Positions 1 through 9,633 of a DNA stretch of 64,000 bases are shown piece after piece. Source of the stretch: Longimicrobiales bacterium (GTDB lineage Bacteria; Gemmatimonadota; Gemmatimonadetes; Longimicrobiales; Gaopeijiaceae); NCBI GenBank assembly GCA_965204735.1, contig OZ242008.1, forward strand, positions 544,001-608,000, read 5' to 3'. The notes below the pieces were generated by a model that ran no database searches, was not told where the DNA came from, and saw nothing but the letters and a program-made list of their open reading frames with translations. Made by a program: the position numbers and the translations under genes. Each line of letters begins with the position of its first letter. Within the stretch, counting starts at the first letter, position 1.

Positions 1-1050
1 GCGGATCAAGCGGCCGACCTGGGCGACTTCCTGACGCTGCACGGCTACGCCGGCGGCGCCCCTGGAGACGAAGCCGCGCCCGTCTGGCTATCGCCCGGCG
101 AAGACGCGGAAGCGGCGGCGGCCCTGGCGGCCGCCCCCGAGCCCCGGGCGGTGGCCACGCTGTCGGCGGCGCCGCCCCCTTCCGCCGCCGCCGCCGCGGT
201 CCGGCACTCGGAGGGCGGCCCCGCCTGGACGCTGGCCTCGGTGCGCCAGCTGGGGCACCTGAAGGAGGTCGCCGCCGGCGCGGGATTGCGGCTCCGTCGG
301 GCGCGCCCCGCCCGTCCGCGCAGGGTTTCGGCCGCCCTGGACGAGCTGGCGGACGCCGTTCACGAGGCGGCCCGGGCGCCCGAAGCGGCGGCCTACTACC
401 TGCTCGTGGAGTCGCTGGCCGACCGCTTCAGCGGGGCCGAAGTCGCGGCCGCGGCTCTGCTCCTGCTGGACAGGGAGCGGTCGCAGCGCCCAGCGCCGGC
501 GGGACGGAAGAGCGACGCGGCCGGGGCGCCGCCGAGCTGGGTGCGCCTCTTCCTGTCGGCGGGAGAGCGGGACGGGCTGGGGCCCGGCGAGATCCTGGGC
601 GCGGTGGCCGGCGAGTCGGGCGTGGACGGGAAGCGGATCGGACGCATCGACGTCCGGGAGAGCCACAGCCTGGTGGAAGTGCGGCAAGAGGACGCCAAGA
701 ACGTGATCTCCGCCTTGAACGGGACCACGCTGGGCGGCCGGGCGCTCCGTGTGGACTACGACCGTGGGAAGGACCACCGGCGAGGCGGCCCGCAGCGACC
801 TGGCCCAACCGGCGAGCGAGCCGGAGCGGGCCGCCGGTTCGCGGCGAAGGGCGCGAAGGGACCGAAGGGCCGCAACGGTCCGGGGCGCCCGCGGGGTCCG
901 GGGCGCTCGCAGGGATCGGGTCGCCCGCCGGGGCCGGGGCACCCGCCGGGATCGGGTCGCTCGCAGGGTCCGGGTCGCCCGCAGGGTCGCCCGAAACGAC
1001 CGTCGGGCGGGTTCAGGGGCAAGCCGTCCGGCGGTCGCGACGAGAGGTAG
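1..1050 (+). CDS. DEAD-box helicase-like protein, C-terminal part with DbpA-type RNA-binding domain (5' truncated by window)
   Basis: Frame 1 is open from base 1 (ADQAADLGDFLTLHGY...). WVRLFLSAGERDGLGPGEILGAVAGESGVDGKRIGRIDVRESHSLVEV...LNGTTLGGRALRVD matches the DbpA/CsdA C-terminal domain. Basic G/P/R-rich tail. Confidence 0.8.
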   Translation, partial: ADQAADLGDFLTLHGYAGGAPGDEAAPVWLSPGEDAEAAAALAAAPEPRAVATLSAAPPPSAAAAAVRHSEGGPAWTLASVRQLGHLKEVAAGAGLRLRRARPARPRRVSAALDELADAVHEAARAPEAAAYYLLVESLADRFSGAEVAAAALLLLDRERSQRPAPAGRKSDAAGAPPSWVRLFLSAGERDGLGPGEILGAVAGESGVDGKRIGRIDVRESHSLVEVRQEDAKNVISALNGTTLGGRALRVDYDRGKDHRRGGPQRPGPTGERAGAGRRFAAKGAKGPKGRNGPGRPRGPGRSQGSGRPPGPGHPPGSGRSQGPGRPQGRPKRPSGGFRGKPSGGRDER

Positions 1051-1157
1051 GTCCGGCCCAGGGAACGAGTCGGACCCGGTCGGCCCGTTGCGTCCGATGG
1101 GTCGGCCCGCAGGTCGTCCCGCGTCGCGTCCTACGGTCGGGACCGCCGGGGGCGGGG

Positions 1158-1361
1158 TCAGGCCGCCGCGTCCCTCCGCCGCTTGAACACCCGGTAGACG
1201 ACGAACCCGACCACCAGGAAGAGCCCCACCTTGAAGGCGAGGGCCACGAAGCCGACCAGCGCCCCAAGGAGGGGCACGACCACGGCGGCCAGGAGCTTGA
1301 GCACCAGAATGGCGGCGGCGCCGCTCAGGGCCACCGCGCCGAAAGCCTTTGCGAACTGCAT
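1158..1361 (-). CDS. Small two-helix membrane protein (67 aa)
   Basis: MQFAKAFGAVALSGAAAILVLKLL...FVVYRVFKRRRDAAA. ATG at 1361 with AGGAG RBS just upstream, directly after the DUF5916 gene stop. Confidence 0.75.
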   Translation of the reverse strand: MQFAKAFGAVALSGAAAILVLKLLAAVVVPLLGALVGFVALAFKVGLFLVVGFVVYRVFKRRRDAAA

Positions 1362-1366
1362 CCCCG

Positions 1367-3796
1367 CTACCTCCTGAATCTGTAGGACATCTTCACGAAC
1401 AACCCGTCCGCCTCCGAACGCATGTCTCGGAACCGCAGCCGGTCCATGTCGGCCATCTGCCGGGAGTAGCCGACGAAGAACAAGGTCCCCGGCGTCGGTT
1501 CGTAGCTCAGCAGCGCCTCGACCGAGAAGTCGTGGGCCTCGGAGCCCTCCAGCGCGCTGCACGAGTCGCTGGAGCAGTAAGCTAACGGCCGGCCCTCGCC
1601 CGGGGTCAGGAGCCGTCCTCGGCGCTGGCTGGCGTACTCGGCGATCCCCCGCAGGAAGAGGGAGCGGCTGAACTGGTACTGGAGCCGCACCCGCGGAATC
1701 GTCGCCCTGGAGTAAAGCGAGCCGTCGCGCTTCCTCTTCAGCTCCGTGTGGCGAACCCCGAGCTCGGCCCGAAGGTGCGTCGTGGGGAAGAGGTCGAGGC
1801 TGATCTGGCCGGACCACGAGTCGGCCACGTCCACCGGCGTTCCGGTGCGGAAGTCGAAGAGGGGGGTTTCCGACCGGGTCGCGCGGATGTTGCCCCGTGC
1901 CTGGTCGAAGGCGTTGAGCCAGAGGAAGAGCGTGCCCGACTGAAGTCCGCGGAAGATCGACTGGTTGGGGAAGAAAGCCTCTCCCGGACCGCTGCTCCCG
2001 GCAACGGTCAGGCCCTCGTACTCGGCCCGGCCGAAGTCGTAGAACGAGAGGCCGTAGTTCCCCCACAAGGTGACGTTTCCCCGGAACGACACGCTCCCGC
2101 CCAAGCGCACCGAAGCCTCCTCGACCCGCCTCATCGCCCAGAAGTCGTCGTGGTCCCAGAAGCCGTCGAACTCCAGGCTCGGACCCCAGCGCTCGATCAG
2201 CTCTCCCGGTCGGCCCCGAAAGTCGTAGGAAGCCCGGGACTGGACCTGGGCCGCCCCGCTTCGGCGAATGAACCCGCTTCCGGCCCGAAATCCGTTGCTG
2301 ACGTCGTTGACGGTCGCGCCGAGCTGGAAGTTGCGTCCGGAGCGGTTGAGCTGGGCCGAGAGCAGCCCGCCGCCGGTCGCGCCGGCCTCGCCTTCGGCTG
2401 TCCGACTGCCGGCCGCCAGCAGCGTCAGCGTGTACCGCGGAGTGATCTGGAACCTTCCGTCCAGCCCGGCCACCCGGTTGTAGCGGCGCCGGTCGCGGGT
2501 CCGGTCGGTGTAGACGACGCCGATGTTCGAAGCGCTCCCGACGTCGCGCCGCAAGCGGAAGAGGTTGACCACCGGGTTGGCCGTGCCGTCGGGCGCGTCC
2601 GAGTCGGCCACGGCGTCCACCGCCCCCAGATACCCGGCGTTGAAGCTGCCGAGCTTGCCGGTGAGCTTGGCCCCCGCCACCGGATTCACGATCGAGCGGG
2701 TGTAGACCAGCTGCCGGGGCAGTCGGAAGATCTCGGTTCCTTCCAGAAAGAAGGGGCGCTTCTCCTGAAGGAAGAGGGCGAAGCGCTCGTTGACGGCGAT
2801 CTGCCCCGCGTCCGCCTCCACCTGGGAGAAGTCCGGGTTGTAGGTCCCGTCCAGGGTCAGGTTGGAGGTGATCCCGTAGGTCAAGTTGACTCCGAAGTCG
2901 CCTGCGGTCCCGCCCCGGCGAAGCGCGCCCAGCTCGTCGTCCCAGCGACCCTGCTTGCTGAGGGTCTGAACCGGGTTCACCTCCAGAAAGAGCCCCGGAT
3001 CCAGCTCCCGGAGCCCGGTGAGCTTGCCGAACTGCTCCATCCGGTTGGCCACGTTGCGGGTGACCGGCGCCCACGACTGGGAGTAGCCGTTGCGGGCGAT
3101 GCGGCGTTCGACCTGCAACCCCCAGTCCTGAACGGGGACTTCCCGGAAGCGGATGCTCTTGAAGGGCAGCTTGACTTCCACCGAGTAGCCCCACTCGTGG
3201 AGACGCCCGCCCGAGTCCCACACGAAGTCCGGGTTCCAGTCTATGGGCGGGCCGAAGCGCCGCCCTCGCCCGCTGCCGCCCCCGACGACCCAAAGGCCGT
3301 CCTGCTGGACGCCGTAGGGGTTGACCATCACCACGTACCCCCGTCGCCGGTCGTCGAAGGTGTCCAGGACGAGGCGCACGTAGTCGTCGGAGCGCGCGAA
3401 CGAGTCGCGCTCGCTCAGCGTGGCGCGCGGACCCCCGGGCACGTCGTCGTAGGCGCTGATCCCGAAGTAGAGCGCGTCGTCGGTGACCAGGATGCGCGCT
3501 TCGGTGCGCTGCGTGGCCGCGACGCCCTCCACCGGGTCGAACTGGGTGAAGCCGGTGAGGATGGGAGCGTCAGCCCAGGCGGCTTCGTCGAGCTCCCCGT
3601 CCACGGCGATGCCCGGGTCGGCCGTCCAAGGGCTGGGGACCGCGAGGCCGCCGGCGCTGCCGTCGTAGACGACGGGCTCGGTGGGCGCGTCGCCGTCGTT
3701 GCCCGCGCCGGGGCCGTCGCCGGCTTGCACGACCTGGGCGGGGGATGCGTGGCCGGCGGCTGCGGCGACCGCGATCAGGGAGAGAAGTCCTGTCAC
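1367..3796 (-). CDS. CBM9-like/DUF5916 outer-membrane protein
   Basis: Signal-like N-terminus, IAVDGELDEAAW, LDTFDD...VNPYGVQQDG, TYNPDFSQVEAD, EKRPFFLEG, YTRSI, and C-terminal beta-signal LFVKMSYRF. GTG start at 3796 is inferred. Confidence 0.85.
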   Translation of the reverse strand: MTGLLSLIAVAAAAGHASPAQVVQAGDGPGAGNDGDAPTEPVVYDGSAGGLAVPSPWTADPGIAVDGELDEAAWADAPILTGFTQFDPVEGVAATQRTEARILVTDDALYFGISAYDDVPGGPRATLSERDSFARSDDYVRLVLDTFDDRRRGYVVMVNPYGVQQDGLWVVGGGSGRGRRFGPPIDWNPDFVWDSGGRLHEWGYSVEVKLPFKSIRFREVPVQDWGLQVERRIARNGYSQSWAPVTRNVANRMEQFGKLTGLRELDPGLFLEVNPVQTLSKQGRWDDELGALRRGGTAGDFGVNLTYGITSNLTLDGTYNPDFSQVEADAGQIAVNERFALFLQEKRPFFLEGTEIFRLPRQLVYTRSIVNPVAGAKLTGKLGSFNAGYLGAVDAVADSDAPDGTANPVVNLFRLRRDVGSASNIGVVYTDRTRDRRRYNRVAGLDGRFQITPRYTLTLLAAGSRTAEGEAGATGGGLLSAQLNRSGRNFQLGATVNDVSNGFRAGSGFIRRSGAAQVQSRASYDFRGRPGELIERWGPSLEFDGFWDHDDFWAMRRVEEASVRLGGSVSFRGNVTLWGNYGLSFYDFGRAEYEGLTVAGSSGPGEAFFPNQSIFRGLQSGTLFLWLNAFDQARGNIRATRSETPLFDFRTGTPVDVADSWSGQISLDLFPTTHLRAELGVRHTELKRKRDGSLYSRATIPRVRLQYQFSRSLFLRGIAEYASQRRGRLLTPGEGRPLAYCSSDSCSALEGSEAHDFSVEALLSYEPTPGTLFFVGYSRQMADMDRLRFRDMRSEADGLFVKMSYRFRR

Positions 3797-3972
3797 TTTT
3801 CCTTCGAGCCTGCTATTTCGTGGAGCCGGCCCCGTGCCGGGCGCGGGACGCGCGTGCGGGTCGGCAAGACGAGGACGCGTGCGGGCCGGCAAGACGAACG
3901 CGGCCGACACTTGAAGACACTTCCGGGTCCCTGGCCGTTGAGGCTCGGGTCCCCTGCCGTCGAGGCTTGAAG

Positions 3973-5310
3973 ATGGCCCACTACAACGCTCGCGAGAAGC
4001 GGGAGCTTCGGAAGCGGATCGCCCGGGGCGACGTCGCGCCCCCGTGCCCCCGTTGCGGCGGCCCGTGCGCCGTCGTGCGCGGGGGACCTCGCCGGGACGT
4101 GCCCTACGTGCGGAACCGGGTGGTGGCCCGGTGCGGGGCGTGCCGGTGCAGCGTGGCCGTGGAGTCGGGAGGGCGTGGGGCGTGGGACGGGGCGGCGCAG
4201 GCGCTCGCCGGCTGGGCGCTCGCGGCGGCGGCGTGGGCGGCCCCGTCGCCGGCGTGGGGGCAGTCGAGCGCAGAGGCTGCGACCTCCTGCGGCTCCCGGG
4301 AGGGTCTAGCGGCTTGCGCCCCGGCCCCGGGGGCCCAGGGGTGGGCGGTTTCGACTGCTGGCGTCGCCCTCGGGCACCCCTTCGCGGCGGGCGACGGAGA
4401 AGCGGCGGTGGGCGCCACGCCCTTGGCGCTGGAGCTGCCCGTCGGCGCCCGGGCCGTCGCCCTGGGCGGCGCCTTCTGGACCAGCGGCGCCGACGCCGGC
4501 GCGATCTTCCACCACCCGTCGCTCCTGGCCGGCGCCAGCTTCGGCGCAACCTACCAGCGCTTCCGCGCCCCTTCGGCCTCGGCGGGCGCCGTGAGCTTCC
4601 TGTCGGCCGCCGGCAGCGGCGAGTGGCTGGGCGGCGTCGCAGGAGTCGGCGTGGCGTTCGTGGAGCACGGCGCGCGCGGGGACGCCCACGGGGCTTGGCC
4701 CGGCGCGGCGGCGGAGCCCGGGGGCGGCGGCGCGGCGGCCGCCTCGGCGTACGTGGCGTCCGTCGGGTTCGCCAGGGAGCTCGCGGGCTTCACCGTCGGG
4801 GGAGCGGCGAAGGTGGTCGGCCTGCGCGTGGGCGCGGCGAAGGGCTCGACCGGGGCGGTCGACATGGGGGCGAGCCGGGAGGTGGGAGCCGCCACGGTGG
4901 CCCTGACCGTGCAGAACGTGGGGCCGGACCTGCGGATGGGAGGCGAGGACGGCCGGACGGAGCCCCTTGCCGCCCGGGTCGTGGTGGGGATCGGCGCGGG
5001 GAGGACTCCCGTGGGGCCGCTCGACGTGGGGGGCGCCGTGCAGGCGGTGCGCACCGGCGGGGGCGAAGTGGCGGCGGGGGGAGGCGTGGAGGTCGCATGG
5101 TGGCCGGTCCTCCGGCGCGTCTTCGTCGCTCGCGCGGGCCTGGCGCGGGTGCCCGACCAGGTGCACGGCGCCTTCCACGAAATCTCCTTGGGCGGCGGCT
5201 TCGAAGGAGACCGCATCCGCCTCGACTACGCCTACCGGCGCCACGGTCCCCGCGAGGACGGATGTGCGCCGGCGACCGTTTCCCACACCTTCGGCATCTC
5301 CTTCCGGTAG
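3973..5310 (+). CDS. PorV/UPF0164-like outer-membrane beta-barrel with an in-frame N-terminal Zn-ribbon segment
   Basis: LELPVGARAVALGGA...AIFHHPSLL, VQNVG, LDYAY and terminal HTFGISFR are typical of PorV-like barrels. The N-terminus carries CPRC...CGAC. Confidence 0.6.
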   Translation: MAHYNAREKRELRKRIARGDVAPPCPRCGGPCAVVRGGPRRDVPYVRNRVVARCGACRCSVAVESGGRGAWDGAAQALAGWALAAAAWAAPSPAWGQSSAEAATSCGSREGLAACAPAPGAQGWAVSTAGVALGHPFAAGDGEAAVGATPLALELPVGARAVALGGAFWTSGADAGAIFHHPSLLAGASFGATYQRFRAPSASAGAVSFLSAAGSGEWLGGVAGVGVAFVEHGARGDAHGAWPGAAAEPGGGGAAAASAYVASVGFARELAGFTVGGAAKVVGLRVGAAKGSTGAVDMGASREVGAATVALTVQNVGPDLRMGGEDGRTEPLAARVVVGIGAGRTPVGPLDVGGAVQAVRTGGGEVAAGGGVEVAWWPVLRRVFVARAGLARVPDQVHGAFHEISLGGGFEGDRIRLDYAYRRHGPREDGCAPATVSHTFGISFR

Positions 5311-5330
5311 GTCGGTGCTCCGCGCTCCGG

Positions 5331-7322
5331 TCACGACCCGTCCGGGGGCACTCTCGCCGCCAGGAACCCCGGGTGCATGCGCGCCAGCCCCACGTCGTCC
5401 ACGGCCACGGTTCCGGCCTCGACCAAGTCGAAGACGAGCCGCACTTCCCGCAGCGTTGCAGCGTCGAACGCCGGGTTCGCCGCCGCGAAGTCCGACAGGG
5501 GGATCGAGAAGTGCTGCAGGACGAGCTCCCACGGGTTGGCGAAGCGCTGGTCCTCCAGGTCCCGCCGGCGCAGCACCCGCGTCTTCAGCGGCCTCCGCAG
5601 AGGGCCGTAGCTGCCCAGCCGAACCCGGGCCGAGTCGCCGTCTCCGTCCACGGCTTCGACCGTCAAGTCCAGCGGCTCCTTGTCGTCGGCGTCGCTTCCC
5701 TCCCGCCTTCCGTCGCCCTCGGCGCTTCCGGTCCGTCGCCCGCCCTCGTCCTCGTCGTCGGCGCCGGGGCGCTTTCGGGGCTCGGGCTCTTCGTCCACCC
5801 CTCCGACGTGCATCTCCACGGTGGCGCCGGGCTGCCCCGCCCCAAGGCCTTCGGCCAACTCCGGCGGCAGGGAGATCGCGAAGACCGCGGGCGGAGGCGG
5901 GTCGGCGGGGCCCGGGCCGTTCCAGCGGTTGTTCCACCCCAGCCACAAGGCCTGGTTCAGCTGGGAGGCCGACGTGTTGGCGCGGTTGCTGGAGCGCAGG
6001 TCGAGCCGTCCTTCCCGCCAAGTCCCGAAGTGCTCGCCCCGGAGACGCACGCCCGCCGCCGAGCCGGAAGTCACGTCGATGTCCTCTTCGAAGTCGGCGA
6101 GGGGCCGGAAGGAGTCGTCCATGAACCGGGTCACGTACATCGTCTTGGGCAGCCAGTCGCCCGCGACCCTGTGATCCCGGAAGAGAGGGCGGTAGCGGTC
6201 GTCGCCCTTGAGCGCCACGTCCAGGAACGCCGACACGAAGACGCGGCCGAACTCCCGCTGGTCCTCCGGCGGCAGCAGGCCCCGCAAGTCCAGGATGCGG
6301 GGGCTCCGGGGACCGTTGTCGTGGGCGCCCCAAACGGTGTTCCACTGGCCGTGGTTGGCTCGGTACACGTACACGGCGGACTTGAAGAACCGCCCGCCGC
6401 CCCCTCGCTGCTCGCCGTCGTCCCCTCCCTGCCCGCCGGCCCCGGCAAAGCGGACCCGGTTGAACTGGCGGAGGCCGTGGAAGCTGGTCACGTCGCCGTC
6501 GTGGGAGCCGTGAAAGACCAGGTAGCTCACGTCCTCCACGGGGGCTCGCTGGTCCGCCGGCAAGTACTGTCCGTCCACGGGCGCGACGGCCACGATCCCC
6601 TTCAAGGCGAACCCGAAGTCGAACTCCAGCGAAGCGTCGTCGGGGTAGCGCTCCAGGCGGTTGAACGCCGCCGCGAGCGCCACCGCCTCGCCTCCTCGGG
6701 AGTGGCCGATCAGCGCGATCGCGTTCATGTCCACCTTGCCGCGGAACGGGCCTTCCGGGTCCTCGGCGAACCGCCTCCACGCCTGCAGGTGCTTCAGCAG
6801 GAGCCAGCCCCGACCGTCGTTCTCGCCCCGAATCCCGCCGTTGACGAAGTTCATGTCCACCGAAGCCAGGACGTAGCCCCGGCTGGCCAGCAGCTCGCCC
6901 AGCCAGTCGTAGCCCGGGTCCGAGAACTCCTTCATGTTGTGGTTGCCGTGGACCACCAGCACCAGAGGGTGCGGCCCTGGGGCGTCGGGGTACCAGACCC
7001 TGCCGTTGATCGGAAAGCTGTCGGGCGAGAAGCCCCAGTACTCGTTCCGGGAGTCCGCCGATTCGCCCAGCTCCACCAGCTTGGAGGCGTCCACCGGCGC
7101 CGTGACGATCGTCACCGAGTCCCGGTACTCGGCTCGGTTCTTGTCGGTTCCGCTCCCGTAGTAGAGGGTCAGCACCGGGTGGGGACCGGGTCGCGCCGGG
7201 TTCTCTGCCTGAAGGAAGTGGCGGGCCAGCACGGCCGGGGCGTCCGAAGGCGCAAGCTCCAAGGCGCCCGCGCAGGCCGACCCCGCGGCCAGGACCAAGG
7301 CCGGCAGCGCCCGCGTCGCCAT
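5331..7322 (-). CDS. Alpha/beta-fold hydrolase (chlorophyllase-like) with C-terminal extension
   Basis: LVLVVHGNH, nucleophile elbow GHSRGG, HGSHDGDV, ANHGQWN. Start at ATG 7322 is uncertain. Confidence 0.8.
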   Translation of the reverse strand: MATRALPALVLAAGSACAGALELAPSDAPAVLARHFLQAENPARPGPHPVLTLYYGSGTDKNRAEYRDSVTIVTAPVDASKLVELGESADSRNEYWGFSPDSFPINGRVWYPDAPGPHPLVLVVHGNHNMKEFSDPGYDWLGELLASRGYVLASVDMNFVNGGIRGENDGRGWLLLKHLQAWRRFAEDPEGPFRGKVDMNAIALIGHSRGGEAVALAAAFNRLERYPDDASLEFDFGFALKGIVAVAPVDGQYLPADQRAPVEDVSYLVFHGSHDGDVTSFHGLRQFNRVRFAGAGGQGGDDGEQRGGGGRFFKSAVYVYRANHGQWNTVWGAHDNGPRSPRILDLRGLLPPEDQREFGRVFVSAFLDVALKGDDRYRPLFRDHRVAGDWLPKTMYVTRFMDDSFRPLADFEEDIDVTSGSAAGVRLRGEHFGTWREGRLDLRSSNRANTSASQLNQALWLGWNNRWNGPGPADPPPPAVFAISLPPELAEGLGAGQPGATVEMHVGGVDEEPEPRKRPGADDEDEGGRRTGSAEGDGRREGSDADDKEPLDLTVEAVDGDGDSARVRLGSYGPLRRPLKTRVLRRRDLEDQRFANPWELVLQHFSIPLSDFAAANPAFDAATLREVRLVFDLVEAGTVAVDDVGLARMHPGFLAARVPPDGS

Positions 7323-7504
7323 TGACGCGCCCGTTCGAGTCGTCTCCGTCGCGGAGCTGCCGGTTGTCGCCCACGGTGCCATGACGACATGATACTCGCG
7401 CCCGGAAGCCGCGGGCCAGCGAGTCCGACGGTCCGCCTCCGGCCGACCGCCCCCAAGACGCCCGACCCCCACCCGAGACGCCGCCGACCACCCCCGAGAC
7501 CGAA

Positions 7505-9571
7505 ATGGCCAAGCTGAAGAAGGAACTCGGGCTCTTCGACGTCTTCGCCATCGCCACCGGCGCGACGTTGAGCTCCGGGTTCTTCCTCCTTCCCGGAATC
7601 GCCGCCGCCCAGGCCGGAGGGGCGCTTCCGGCGGCGTACCTGACGGCCGGCGTCTGCCTGATCCCGGGACTGCTCAGCATGGCCGAGCTCTCCACGGCGA
7701 TGCCCCGGGCGGGCGGCATCTACTACTTCCTGGACCGCAGCATGGGACCGCTGGTGGGCACGGTGGGCGGCTTCGGCACGTGGAGCACCCTCACCCTGAA
7801 GGTCGCCTTCGCGCTGGTGGGGCTGAGCGCGTACCTGGGCATCTACTTCCCGGAAGCGCCGGCGGGAGTGGTCGCGGTCGGCTTCGCCCTGGCGTTCGGC
7901 GTGGTGAACCTCCTCGGCGCCAAGAAGACCAGCATCCTGCAGCTGGTCATGACTCTGGTCACCGTGGGCGTCCTGGCGTGGTTCATCGCCACCGGGCTGC
8001 CCGCCGCCGACCCGGGCGCCTTCCGGGGCGCCTTGGGCATCGAAGCCAGCTCGTTCGTCTCGTCGGTCGGGCTGGTGATCGTGTCGTACATGGGGCTCAC
8101 CCAGGTCGCGTCGGTCTCCGAGGAAGTGAAGGACCCGGAGCGCAACCTTCCCGCCGGGATGCTTCTGGCGTTCGTGGTCGTGCTGTTCGTGTACGTGGCC
8201 GGGACGTGGGTGATGGTCGGCGTCGTCGGGCTGCCCGACCTGCAGGCGGGAGGCGGCGACCTGACTCCCGCGGCGTCGCTGGCCGAAGCGCTGTGGGGAC
8301 CCGTGGGCGGCACGGTGATGGCGGTCGCGGCGATCTCGGCGTTCCTCTCCGTGGGCAACGCCGGCGTGCTCTCGGCCAGCCGCTACCCCCTGGCGATGAG
8401 CCGCGACCAGATCCTCCCGGCCCGGCTGCGCCGGATCGGACGCCTGGGCACGCCCCACTGGGCCGTTGCCCTGACCGTCGCGCTGATCGTGGCGTGGGTC
8501 GCCCTCTTCGACGCCGCCCACATCGCCGAGCTGGCGGGCGCCTTCCTCCTGATCATGTTCGCCCTCAGCGCCCTGGCCGTGATCGTCATGCGGGAGAGCG
8601 GCCTGGAGTCGTACGATCCCGGCTTCCGATCGCCCCTCTACCCGTGGGTCCAGGTCGCCGGGCTGGTCATGCCCTTCCCGCTGATCATCGAGATGGGCTG
8701 GCTGGCGACGCTCCTCAGCGTCGGCTTCGTTCTCTTCGGCGTGGCGTGGTTCCGTGCGTTCGCCCGCGCGCGAGTGTCCAGGGAGGGCGCCGTCTACCAT
8801 CTCTTCGCCCGTCTGGGAGAGCAGCGGGACGCCGGACTGGAGCAGGAGCTGCGGGAGATTCTGAAGGAGAAGGGAGTGCGTTCGGCAGACCCCTTCGAGA
8901 GGCTGGTGGCGTCGTCGGCGGTGCTGGACAAGGAGGGCGCGGCGCCGTTCTCCGAGCTGGTCGAGGAGGCGTCGGGCGTCCTGTCGGAAGAGCTGGGCCT
9001 GCCCGCCGAGGAGCTGCGCGAAGGGTTCCTGGAGGGAACGGCCACGGGGCTGACTCCGGTTTCGCACGGCGTGGCGCTTCCCCACCTTCGGCTGGCGGCG
9101 ATTCCCGGTCCCCGCATGGTGGTGGTTCGGGCGCGGGCGGGGATCGAGATCGACATCGAGACCGAGGCGCCTCCGCCCGCGGACCAGCCGATTCAGGCGG
9201 CGTTCTTCCTGGCGAGCCCCGTGGGGCGGCCTGGGCAGCACCTGCGCATCCTTGCCCAGATCGCCGGGCGGGTCGACGACGACAGCTTCCTGGCCGAATG
9301 GCTCGCGGCCGGCGACGCCCAGGCCCTGCGGGAGGTCATGCTGCGCGACGAGCACATGCTGGCGCTCAAGGTGCTGCCCTACGGCCCCACCAAGGACTTG
9401 GCCGGGAAGAGCATCATCGAGCTGGCGTTTCCCAGGGAGCTGCTGGTGGCGATGATCCGCCGCCGGGGCGAGCTGGTGGTGCCCAAGGGAGACACGGTGC
9501 TCAAGGCGGGCGACCGGATCACGATCCTGGGCGACCCCCGGGCGATCACGGCTTTGCGGCGGCGCTACTAG
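7505..9571 (+). CDS. APC-family amino acid permease fused to PTS EIIA and TrkA-C (RCK_C) domains
   Basis: About 12 TM helices with ELSTAMPRAGG and SEEVKDPERNLP. EIIA motifs GVALPHLR and HLRILAQIA. C-terminal LLVAMIRRRGELVVPKGDTVLKAGDRITILG. Confidence 0.9.
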   Translation: MAKLKKELGLFDVFAIATGATLSSGFFLLPGIAAAQAGGALPAAYLTAGVCLIPGLLSMAELSTAMPRAGGIYYFLDRSMGPLVGTVGGFGTWSTLTLKVAFALVGLSAYLGIYFPEAPAGVVAVGFALAFGVVNLLGAKKTSILQLVMTLVTVGVLAWFIATGLPAADPGAFRGALGIEASSFVSSVGLVIVSYMGLTQVASVSEEVKDPERNLPAGMLLAFVVVLFVYVAGTWVMVGVVGLPDLQAGGGDLTPAASLAEALWGPVGGTVMAVAAISAFLSVGNAGVLSASRYPLAMSRDQILPARLRRIGRLGTPHWAVALTVALIVAWVALFDAAHIAELAGAFLLIMFALSALAVIVMRESGLESYDPGFRSPLYPWVQVAGLVMPFPLIIEMGWLATLLSVGFVLFGVAWFRAFARARVSREGAVYHLFARLGEQRDAGLEQELREILKEKGVRSADPFERLVASSAVLDKEGAAPFSELVEEASGVLSEELGLPAEELREGFLEGTATGLTPVSHGVALPHLRLAAIPGPRMVVVRARAGIEIDIETEAPPPADQPIQAAFFLASPVGRPGQHLRILAQIAGRVDDDSFLAEWLAAGDAQALREVMLRDEHMLALKVLPYGPTKDLAGKSIIELAFPRELLVAMIRRRGELVVPKGDTVLKAGDRITILGDPRAITALRRRY

Positions 9572-9633
9572 CAGGCCGCCTGGACCAACGGCCCGCCTGC
9601 GAGCGGCCGGACCACGCAAGGAGCGCGAACTGC

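Noticed and set aside
4044..7719. 1093 aa (+) and 1137 aa (-) ORFs, and similar long overlapping ORFs elsewhere such as 16522-19704
   Set aside because: High-GC off-frame artefacts overlapping genes with clear motifs.
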